A stretch of 64,000 nucleotides of DNA from Actinomycetes bacterium (GTDB lineage: Bacteria > Actinomycetota > Acidimicrobiia > Acidimicrobiales > RAAP-2). The notes under the pieces were generated by a model. The model was not told where the DNA came from and did not search any database. It saw only the letters and a list, made by a program, of their open reading frames with translations. This document shows positions 1 through 7,447 of this stretch, piece after piece; position 1 is the stretch's first letter; every line of letters begins with the position of its first letter. The stretch lies in the NCBI GenBank assembly GCA_021799615.1, contig JAJZAC010000001.1, forward strand, positions 462-64,461, written 5' to 3'. A program made the position numbers and the translations under genes.

Positions 1-51
1 GAGGTGCCGGTGGAGGTTGCGACGTTCCCCTGCGGTGCTGTGGATGTGCAT
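1..51 (-). CDS. 5' end (17 codons) of an unidentified gene running off the window
   Basis: ATG at 51-49 on the minus strand, with a GGAGGAAG Shine-Dalgarno-like motif about 9 nt upstream. Reads MHIHSTAGERRNLHRHL. Too short to identify. Confidence 0.3.
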   Translation of the reverse strand, partial: MHIHSTAGERRNLHRHL

Positions 52-171
52 CGGCCGCTTCCTCCACGGATGGCGGTCGCACGACCGCAACGAGTACGTG
101 TTCTAGAACCTAGATCAACACGCGCGCGGATGCCGGGGACCGCGGATCGTCACCGCAGCGCGCCGGCCCGC

Positions 172-1890
172 TCAGGCGGCCGAGCCGTGGTAGGCGGCGT
201 CGCCGAAGGAGAAGATCCCGCCGTCGGACGCCACCAACCAGTAGCCGCCGCCGTCGGGGGTGGTGGCCATCCCGACGATCGGCTTGTTCAGCGTGAGTGC
301 CCCGGTGGAGCCGTGGAAGACGGCGTCGCCGAACGAGAAGATCCCGCCGTCGGACGCCACCAACCAGTAGCCCTTGCCGGCGGCGGTGGTGGCCATGCCC
401 ACCACGGGCTTGTTCAGGCGCAGTGCTCCGGTGGAGCCGTGGAAGACGGCGTCGCCGAAGGAGAAGATCCCGCCGTCGGACGCCACCAACCAGTAGCCGC
501 CCCCGTCTGCGGTACGAGCCATACCGACGATCGGCTTGTTCAGGCGCAGTGCTCCGGTCGAGCCGTGGAAGACGGCGTCGCCGAAGGAGAAGATCCCGCC
601 GTCGGACGCGACCAGCCAGTAGCCCCTGCCGTCGGCGGTGGCGGCCATGCCGACGATCGGTTGGTTGAGGGAGATGTTGGTGAGGGAGCCGTACGACACC
701 GCGTCGCCGAAGGGGAAGACGTCACCGTCACTGGTGGTGATCCAGTAGCCGCCGCCGTCCGCGGTGCGGGCCATGCCGACGACCGGCGGCGGGGGAGGGG
801 GGCCGAGGGGGCCGTTGCCGAGGTCGACGACCATGGGCGCGGTGTAGAGCTGGCGGGCGCCGCCGCAGCTGTACGAGGTGCACGACGGGCTCCAGGCGGA
901 GAACACCAGCCACCAGCGGCCCGACGTGTCGGTGAACGCCGATGCCGCTCCCGGTCCCGCCGCGGGGCCGAACGAGGTGAGGAACGGCTGGGACAGTGGC
1001 TGCGCGCACGGCCCGGCCGGCGACGAGCAGACGGCCATGCCCTCCGAGTAACCCGTCGAGTCCCACACGCCGGCCGCGAAGAAGAGGAGGAACGTCCCGC
1101 CTGCGTCCACCATGTCGGGGTTCTCGACGGTGGACTGCCAGGGGTAGACGACCGTGTCCTGGGTGAGGAGGCTCACCGGTGGCGCGTTGAAGGACCGCAT
1201 GTCGGGGGCGAGTGGGGCCGACCACAGTTGTGCGGACGCCGCCAAGGACCCGTCGTTCGACTTCCACGTGAGCCAGATCTGTCCGGTGGTGGGATCGACC
1301 ATGGGGCTCGGGTCGATGGAGCCGCCCAGCGACACCTGGCATTCGAACGGCCCCGACGACGTGTCGGCGAACGGCCCGGCGGGTGACGATGCGGTCGCCA
1401 CCGACAGGCAGCTGTGGCCGAGGGCGGGATCGTAGGCGTCGTAGTAGAGGTACCAGACGCCCGAGCGCTCGATGACCCCGGGCGATGTCTGGGTGTTGAC
1501 CTGCTCCCAGGCCGGGGGGGAGGGGAGGGCGGTCGAACCGTAGGGGAGCCCGTTCACGGTCCGCCACCCCGACGCGGGGGTGCCGGACGTGTCGATGAGC
1601 ACGCCGATGTGGTTCCCCCATGTCGTGCCGGTCGTGTACGCGTAGTAGGTCGCGCCCACCCGCACCACATCGGGGTCGGGTGCGTCGGCCGCGTAGGTGG
1701 GACCGCTGGGAAGGGTGAGGGTGACGGCGGCACCGGTGGTGCGGGCCGCCACCTGAGCGCCGGCCGGAACGGGGGGCACGAACCCGATCGTCCCGAGCAC
1801 CGCAGCGGCCAGAAGCGCCGCCGCCGCAGCTGCACCGTTCCGGGCCGCGCGTCGGCCACCCGCCTGATCCTGCCGTATCCCGCCTGTCAT
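172..1890 (-). CDS. Secreted GH43-like (five-bladed beta-propeller glycoside hydrolase-like) protein with five C-terminal ~40-aa tandem repeats
   Basis: 572-aa ORF with a signal-like N-terminus ([21 protein letters not shown]). Motifs [25 protein letters not shown] and [23 protein letters not shown] resemble GH43/arabinanase-type propellers. A poly-Pro linker is followed by repeats [35 protein letters not shown] x5. Confidence 0.75.
   Translation of the reverse strand: [572 protein letters not shown]
175..790 (-). repeat. Five in-frame tandem ~120-bp coding repeats (40 aa each), the central copies nearly identical at DNA level
   Basis: Recurring DNA string ggagccgtggaagacggcgtcgccgaaggagaagatcccgccgtcggacgccaccaaccagtagcc at roughly 120-nt spacing. 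The protein repeats are listed under the 172-1890 CDS. Confidence 0.85.
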
Positions 1891-1958
1891 GGGGCACGTG
1901 TCTAGTCATCGGCCAGTGCGGTCGTCAACTACAGATGCGACGAGCCGGCGTTCCCCCG

Positions 1959-2597
1959 TCACCGCGCCCTGCGGTCCCGCTTCGCTTCGTCCGCTGCCCG
2001 CCAGCAGTACCAGGCGACGAGCGACCGGTAGGGGCGGTATGCGTTGCCGCCACGCGCGAGGGCACCGGGGGTGGGCGGCCCGCCCAGCCCCCAGGCCGCC
2101 CCGTAGCCGGCCCGCACGCCGAAGTCGCCCACCGGCCAGACGTCGAGACGCCCCAGGGTGAAAAGGAGGAACATCTCCGCTGTCCAGGCGCCGATGCCAC
2201 GGACGCGGGTCAGGTGTTCGACGACCTCGTCGTCGGCCAGGCGACCGATGCGCTCCAGGCGGATCTCGCCCGTCTCCACCCGGACCGACAGGTCGAGGAG
2301 GGACACGGCCTTGGCCGAGCTCACCCCGCAGGCACGCAGGCCGTCGAACCCGAGCGCGACCAGTGGCGCGGGCGCCAGGGATCCGCCGGCGGCGTCGACC
2401 ACGCGACGGTGGATGGCGGCCGCAGCCGAGCCGGCCAGCTGCTGGTAGAGGACGGAGCGGGCGAGCGCGGGGAACCGCTCGCCGGCGGGTCGTGGGCGAG
2501 GGATCCGTGGTGGCCCATGGCGCTCCAGCAGCCCGGCGATGACCGGCTCCCGATCGGCCAGCTCGCGGGCGGCTGCGGCGACGTCGGCGCGGACCAT
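1959..2597 (-). CDS. DNA-3-methyladenine glycosylase II / HhH-GPD base-excision repair protein (AlkA-like)
   Basis: 212 aa. Helix-hairpin-helix motif VRGIGAWTAEMFLLFTLGRLDVWPVGDFGVRAGY is typical of AlkA-type HhH-GPD glycosylases. Confidence 0.75.
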   Translation of the reverse strand: MVRADVAAAARELADREPVIAGLLERHGPPRIPRPRPAGERFPALARSVLYQQLAGSAAAAIHRRVVDAAGGSLAPAPLVALGFDGLRACGVSSAKAVSLLDLSVRVETGEIRLERIGRLADDEVVEHLTRVRGIGAWTAEMFLLFTLGRLDVWPVGDFGVRAGYGAAWGLGGPPTPGALARGGNAYRPYRSLVAWYCWRAADEAKRDRRAR

Positions 2598-2705
2598 GGT
2601 GGGGTGATGGTAGGCGGGGAACGCAGAGGATCGCTCCCGGCACCGAGCCCCCGGCGGCCGGCACGCTACGATGGCGCCCTGCCGCCGGTCCGTCCGGGGG
2701 CGTCA

Positions 2706-2782
2706 GGGCGTTTAGCTCAGTTGGTTAGAGCGCAGCCTTCACACGGCTGAGGTCGGAGGTTCGAGTCCTCTAGCGCCCACCA
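2706..2782 (+). tRNA. tRNA-Val (anticodon CAC), CCA encoded
   Basis: Hand-folded cloverleaf. Acceptor GGGCGTT/AGCGCCC, D-arm GCTCAGTTGGTTAGAGC, anticodon stem CAGCC/GGCTG with loop TTCACAC, T-arm GGAGG-TTCGAGT-CCTCT, discriminator A plus CCA. Confidence 0.9.
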
Positions 2783-2783
2783 A

Positions 2784-2813
2784 GAGAAGTGTACCGAATA
2801 TGGTACACTTCTC
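2784..2813. promoter_or_regulatory. 30-bp perfect palindrome (12-bp arms, 6-nt spacer) between tRNA-Val and phd; candidate antitoxin operator and/or tRNA 3' hairpin
   Basis: GAGAAGTGTACC-GAATAT-GGTACACTTCTC. It starts 2 nt after the tRNA CCA and ends 2 nt before the ATG at 2816. It contains TGTACC/GGTACA half-sites. Confidence 0.6.
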
Positions 2814-2815
2814 GC

Positions 2816-3097
2816 ATGAGCAAGACCGTGCCCATTCGCGAGCTTCGCGGTGAGCTCAGCCAGGTCATCGACCAGGTTGCCGACCTGCGGGAACACGTCA
2901 TCATCACCCGCCACGGTCGTCCGGCGGCCGTCCTCGTCCCAGTGGATGAGTACGAGGCCTTAGAGGAGACGGCTGAGATCCTGTCGGACACTGAGACGAT
3001 GGCCGCCATCGACGAGGGGCGACGCGAAGTAAGGCGTGGGGAGACCCTGACGCTCGACGAGCTCCGCCGAGAACTGCAGTCGCGCCGTAGAAGGTGA
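2816..3097 (+). CDS. Phd/YefM-family type II antitoxin
   Basis: MSKTVPIRELRGELSQVIDQVADLREHVIITRHGRPAAVLVPVDEYEALEET matches the Phd/YefM fold signature. Its stop overlaps the next start (GTGA). The track ORF starts at 2789, but the ATG at 2816 fits family N-termini. Confidence 0.85.
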   Translation: MSKTVPIRELRGELSQVIDQVADLREHVIITRHGRPAAVLVPVDEYEALEETAEILSDTETMAAIDEGRREVRRGETLTLDELRRELQSRRRR

Positions 3098-3357
3098 CTC
3101 GGGTCGAGCTCGCCCGGCGCGCCCGCAAGGAGATTATCGACCTCGACTGGCCGCTCTCCGACGCCGTGGTCGGGGCTCTCGGGCTGCTCGAGCGCGAGCC
3201 TGAGGCAGGCCACCTCCTTCGGGGACGGCTTCGGGGACTGCGGTCACTTCGAGTCGGTACGTATCGGATCATCTACCAGCTCGACGACGATCAGCGTCTC
3301 GTGCGCGTGCTCGCTGTCCGCCACCGGTCCGTCGCTTACACGACCGATCCTCGCTGA
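3094..3357 (+). CDS. RelE/ParE-family type II toxin
   Basis: 87 aa. The segment LRSLRVGTYRIIYQLDDDQRLVRVLAVRHRSVAY is typical of RelE/ParE. It has a 4-nt overlap with the antitoxin gene. Confidence 0.8.
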   Translation: MTRVELARRARKEIIDLDWPLSDAVVGALGLLEREPEAGHLLRGRLRGLRSLRVGTYRIIYQLDDDQRLVRVLAVRHRSVAYTTDPR

Positions 3358-3724
3358 CAGTCAGTCCCTGGGGAGCGACCCGATCCGTTCTCGGAGATCG
3401 TCGAAGTTCGAATACGAGTGTCTGCGGCCCACTCGCCGATCGACGACCGCCGGGCCGCGACGTCCCCACGTTCCTCCGGGACGTGCTCCCTGTGGGGGAT
3501 GTGGGAAGGTGGCCCGTACCTGACGCGTCGCGATCCGGCCATGGCTCCGGGGCCGCAACAGCGGCGCACCACGGGGCCTCGGGGTCGCAGGGACTCGACC
3601 GGTCGGTCTCGCCTCCCCAGCTCGCCGCCATGGTGCCACGGAGACGGCGCGGCGCCGGGGGTCGGCTGATGTCCCCCCGTCGTCCCGACGGATCCTGGTG
3701 GCGGTCTCGCCCGTCGGGTGGTGC

Positions 3725-3767
3725 TGACGTGTGGGTCGACACGGACTGATGTGTGGGTCGACACGGA
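3725..3767 (+). repeat. Two tandem 21/22-bp direct repeats TGAYGTGTGGGTCGACACGGA (period 22 bp), each with a GTCGAC core
   Basis: Copies at 3725-3745 and 3747-3767 with one mismatch. They lie about 235-275 bp upstream of the sugar-binding-protein start inside a 642-bp gene-free gap. Confidence 0.7.
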
Positions 3768-3999
3768 GTTGTCACAGAAACGACACGTTCCGTTCACGCG
3801 GGGTGTAGCTTCGGGTTCGGTGCTCGGGACCCTTCCCGACGCCGGCCGTCGAGGTCCGGACGGGCCAGCGGAACAACGCGATGGAACGCCTCGTCGTCGC
3901 CGAACCGATCGTCACGACGACGAGACACCCGGAGCACACCGTGTGGCCGCGACTGGGCACGACCCGCCAGGCATGTTCCTACGACCAGGGGGAGTTGCA

Positions 4000-5214
4000 G
4001 TGAGACTGAGACTGACGAGCCGAAAGGCGATCATGGCGATGGTGCTCACCGGGGGCGTGGTCCTGTCCGCCTGTAGTAGCAGCAGCACGTCATCGAGCAC
4101 GACGGCCGCATCGGGTGGTTCCTCCAACACCCCGAACATCACGGCGACGTCGTTCACCAACGACTTCTCGGTGATGGCGCAGCTGAAGAGCCTGGCTGCC
4201 GAGGGCAAGGGGAAGATCGCCGTGATCCTTCCCGACACGGTCACGTCGGCCCGCTACACGCAGTTCGACGCCCCGTACCTGACGGAGGCGTTCACCAAGG
4301 CGGGACTGCCGTCGTCCGACTTCATCATCCAGAACGCGCAGGGCAGTGACTCGACCCAGCTCACCGACGCCCAGGCCGATATCACGGCCGGTGCCAGCGT
4401 GCTGGCGGTCGACCCGCTCGACGCCGGCACGGGAACGGCCATCGAGAACTACGCCAAGCAGCACGGCGTACCGGTCATCGACTACGACCGCCTGACCCTC
4501 GGCGGCAGCCGTGACTACTACGTGAGCTTCAACAACGTGGAGGTCGGGAAGCTCATCGGTCAGGGCATGGTCAGCTGCGTGTCCGCCTGGCACGTGGCCA
4601 AGCCGGACATGATCGTCATGACGGGCTCGCCCACCGACAACAACGCCACCCTCTTCGCCCAGGGCTACAACAGCGTGCTCGACCCGAAGTTCGCATCGGC
4701 GGGCTGGGTCAAGGCGGCCACCCCGGCCGGAACCTGGGACCCGCCCACCGCGCTCACCGAGTTCCAGCAGGCCTACGCCGCCCATCCGGGTGTGAACTCG
4801 GCCCTGGTGCCCAACGACGAGAACGCGGCGCCGATCATCCAGTGGCTGCAGGGCCAGGGTGTCAAGCCGCAGACGTTCCCGATCACCGGCCAGGACGCCA
4901 CCACCGTCGGCCTGCAGAACATCCTCTCGGGCTACCAGTGCGGCACCGCCTACAAGCCGATCTATCTGGAGGCCCAGGCAACGGCAGCGCTCGCCCTCTA
5001 CATCCGGGCGGGCAAGACCCCGCCGGCAGGGCTGGTGAACGGCACCACGGAGGACACGACGGCGCACGTCGCGGTGAAGTCGGTCCTGTTGACCCCCGAA
5101 TGGGTCACCGCGCAGACGATGGAGTCCACGGTCATCGCGGACAAGTTCGTCACCGCCGCCCAGCTGTGCACGTCCACGTTCGCCGCCGACTGCACCAAGT
5201 ACGGCATCCACTGA
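4000..5214 (+). CDS. Sugar ABC transporter substrate-binding lipoprotein (ribose/xylose-type periplasmic binding protein fold)
   Basis: GTG at 4000 is preceded by GGGGGAG. Signal plus lipobox MRLRLTSRKAIMAMVLTGGVVLSAC, then a Ser/Thr-rich linker. The body (KIAVILPDTVTSARY, VLAVDPLDAG, VIDYDRL, ITGQDAT) resembles XylF/RbsB-type binding proteins. The track ORF start at 3718 is an upstream extension. Confidence 0.8.
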   Translation: MRLRLTSRKAIMAMVLTGGVVLSACSSSSTSSSTTAASGGSSNTPNITATSFTNDFSVMAQLKSLAAEGKGKIAVILPDTVTSARYTQFDAPYLTEAFTKAGLPSSDFIIQNAQGSDSTQLTDAQADITAGASVLAVDPLDAGTGTAIENYAKQHGVPVIDYDRLTLGGSRDYYVSFNNVEVGKLIGQGMVSCVSAWHVAKPDMIVMTGSPTDNNATLFAQGYNSVLDPKFASAGWVKAATPAGTWDPPTALTEFQQAYAAHPGVNSALVPNDENAAPIIQWLQGQGVKPQTFPITGQDATTVGLQNILSGYQCGTAYKPIYLEAQATAALALYIRAGKTPPAGLVNGTTEDTTAHVAVKSVLLTPEWVTAQTMESTVIADKFVTAAQLCTSTFAADCTKYGIH

Positions 5215-5239
5215 TCCGAGTGGCCCCCCACGATCTGGG

Positions 5240-5277
5240 CTACCCTCCGCAGCGATGACGGTCGTTGCGGAGGGTAG
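5240..5277 (+). other. Intercistronic stem-loop (12-bp perfect stem, 14-nt loop) enclosing the ATG of the ATPase gene
   Basis: CTACCCTCCGCA (5240-5251) pairs with TGCGGAGGGTAG (5266-5277). The loop gcgATGacggtcgt contains the ATG at 5255. Confidence 0.6.
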
Positions 5278-6085
5278 GCCCGGGGGGGCAACGGTTGCGG
5301 AGGGCGACCTCCTCCTGCAACTGCGAGGCATCTCCAAGAATTTCGGCGCCGTCGAGGCCTTGCGGCACGTCGACCTCGACATCCCCGCCGGCAAGGTGAC
5401 GGCGCTGGTCGGCGACAACGGCGCCGGCAAGTCCACCCTCATCAAGACCGTGGCCGGCATCTGGGCGCCCACCTCGGGCGAGATCCGGTGGAAGGGCACC
5501 CCGGTGACGATCCGGACCCCCCGCGAGGCTGACGCTCTGGGGATCGCCACCGTGTACCAGGACCTCGCCCTGTGCGACAACCTGGACATCGTCCAGAACA
5601 TGTACCTGGGTCACGAGCTCCTGTCCCATCGGCTCCTGGACGAGACCCAGATGGAGCTGTCGGCCAAGCAGACGCTGGCCGACCTGTCGGTGACCACCGT
5701 CCAGTCGGTTCGCCAGCCGGTCGGATCGTTGTCGGGTGGCCAGCGCCAGTCGGTGGCCGTGGCCCGCGCCGTCATGCGTGATGCCCAGCTCGTGATCATG
5801 GACGAGCCCACCGCCGCCCTGGGGGTGTCCCAGACGGCCCAGGTCCTCGACCTCATCAAACGGCTGGCCGAGCGGGGGATCGCCGTGATCGTGATCTCCC
5901 ACAACCTGTCCGACGTCTTCGCCGTGGCCGACCGGCTGGCCGTGCTCTACCTCGGTCGGCTCGTCGAGGCGGGCCCGATCGACGCCTACGACACGCAGCG
6001 GGCCGTCGAGCTCATCACCACCGGCTCGAAGAACGGCGGCGTCTCGCCCAACGGCGGGGACGCCGTCTCGGGCGCCGGAGCGTAA
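5255..6085 (+). CDS. ABC transporter ATP-binding protein (single nucleotide-binding domain, sugar-type)
   Basis: Walker A GDNGAGKST, signature LSGGQRQ, Walker B LVIMDEPTAAL. Only one nucleotide-binding domain (276 aa). Start uncertain (ATG 5255 lies inside the hairpin loop). Confidence 0.85.
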   Translation: MTVVAEGRPGGATVAEGDLLLQLRGISKNFGAVEALRHVDLDIPAGKVTALVGDNGAGKSTLIKTVAGIWAPTSGEIRWKGTPVTIRTPREADALGIATVYQDLALCDNLDIVQNMYLGHELLSHRLLDETQMELSAKQTLADLSVTTVQSVRQPVGSLSGGQRQSVAVARAVMRDAQLVIMDEPTAALGVSQTAQVLDLIKRLAERGIAVIVISHNLSDVFAVADRLAVLYLGRLVEAGPIDAYDTQRAVELITTGSKNGGVSPNGGDAVSGAGA

Positions 6086-6087
6086 GG

Positions 6088-7383
6088 ATGGCATCCGTGG
6101 ACACATCGAACCCGCCCGAGCGGGCCCCCGTCGCCGACGAGGTTTCCGTGGCGGTGGCCGCCGAGGTGCCCGTGCTGGCCACCACGCTCGGTGCCTACCT
6201 CCGGGCGTGGGCGAAGCGGGTGCGCAGCGGCGAGAGCGGCGTGCTGCCGGTGCTCGGCGGGCTCATCATCCTGACCGTCATCTTCCAGGCCAAGAGCTCG
6301 GTCTTCCTCTCAGCCGGCAACATCACCAACCTGTTGATCCAGGGTTCGACCTTCATGGTGCTGGGCATGGCCGAGGTCTGGGTCCTGATCCTGGGCGAGA
6401 TCGACCTGTCGGTCGGGTACGTCAGCGCCATCGGTGCGGTCATCACGGCGATCATGGTGGGTCCCCCCCACCCGCTCCCGCTGTGGGTGGCCATGCCCGT
6501 CGGCATCCTCGTGACCGCCGCCATCGGGGCGCTGTGGGGGACACTCGTCATCCGTCTGGGTCTCCCGTCGTTCGTGGTGACGCTGGCCGGGTTGCTCGGA
6601 GGCGAGGGCGTCCTCATCTGGCTGGTGAACGGGAACGGGACCGGGGGCACCATCCGGATCTCCGACAACGTGTTCCTCGACCTGACCAGTGGCAACCTGA
6701 GCCCGGCGGCCGGATGGGTGGTGGCGATCGCCACGGTGGCCGTCTTCGGCGGGCTGATCTTCCTGCGGGACCGCAACCGGCGGCGGAGCGGCCTGGTGGC
6801 CCCCCCGCAGATCGTGACGGTGGCGAAGATCGTCGGCATGGCCGCCGCCGGCGTGGTGCTCGTGCTCGTCTGCAACACCAACCGGGGCGAACTGGTGCCC
6901 CTCCGGGGGGTCCCCTACGCCGTCATCGTCGTGATCGCCGTGGTCGTCCTGATGTCGTTCGTGCTCAGCCGCACCCGCTTCGGCCGCTACCTGTACGCCA
7001 TCGGCGGCAACGCCGAGGCGGCCCGTCGGTCCGGGGTGAGCCTGGGATGGAACCGGCTGTGGGCGTTCGTCCTCACCGGTGCCACCGCCGGGATCGGCGG
7101 CATGCTCTACGCGGCCCGCCTCGGCTCGGTGTCCAACAACGTCGACGGCGGCACCCTCGTGCTCTACGCGGTGGCAGCGGCCGTGATCGGTGGCGCCAGC
7201 CTGTTCGGTGGCCGGGGAAAGATGGTCCACGCCCTGCTGGGCGGGATCGTCATCGCCACCATCTACAACGGGATGGGCCTCATCGGGTTGGCGGCCGACT
7301 ACCAGTACATGATCACCGCACTGGTCCTGCTGGCAGCGGTCACCGTCGACGCCCTGGCCCGACGGGGCCGCACGGCGGGCTGA
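6088..7383 (+). CDS. Sugar ABC transporter permease (XylH/RbsC-like)
   Basis: 431 aa and multi-span hydrophobic. The conserved RTRFGRYLYAIGGNAEAARRSGV loop is typical of ribose/xylose-type permeases. The ATG lies 2 nt after the ATPase stop. Confidence 0.85.
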   Translation: MASVDTSNPPERAPVADEVSVAVAAEVPVLATTLGAYLRAWAKRVRSGESGVLPVLGGLIILTVIFQAKSSVFLSAGNITNLLIQGSTFMVLGMAEVWVLILGEIDLSVGYVSAIGAVITAIMVGPPHPLPLWVAMPVGILVTAAIGALWGTLVIRLGLPSFVVTLAGLLGGEGVLIWLVNGNGTGGTIRISDNVFLDLTSGNLSPAAGWVVAIATVAVFGGLIFLRDRNRRRSGLVAPPQIVTVAKIVGMAAAGVVLVLVCNTNRGELVPLRGVPYAVIVVIAVVVLMSFVLSRTRFGRYLYAIGGNAEAARRSGVSLGWNRLWAFVLTGATAGIGGMLYAARLGSVSNNVDGGTLVLYAVAAAVIGGASLFGGRGKMVHALLGGIVIATIYNGMGLIGLAADYQYMITALVLLAAVTVDALARRGRTAG

Positions 7384-7447
7384 CCGGCACGGCACCGCCC
7401 GGCGGCCCGAGCGGAGCCCACCGGACCGCACCGATCGGTGGCCACGC

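Noticed and set aside
4-1909. Long ORFs 4..1386 (+, 460 aa) and 728..1909 (-, 393 aa) overlapping the GH43-like gene
   Set aside because: Arg/Gly/Pro/Ala-rich low-complexity translations on the opposite strand or in a shifted frame of a gene with clear domain motifs. These are typical high-GC shadow ORFs.
3881-4003. 40-codon upstream ORF (MERLVVAEPIVTTTRHPEHTVWPRLGTTRQACSYDQGELQ) whose TGA overlaps the GTG of the sugar-binding protein (GTGA)
   Set aside because: No Shine-Dalgarno motif, no recognisable motif, and the overlap could be fortuitous in GC-rich DNA. Worth only a ribosome-profiling check.
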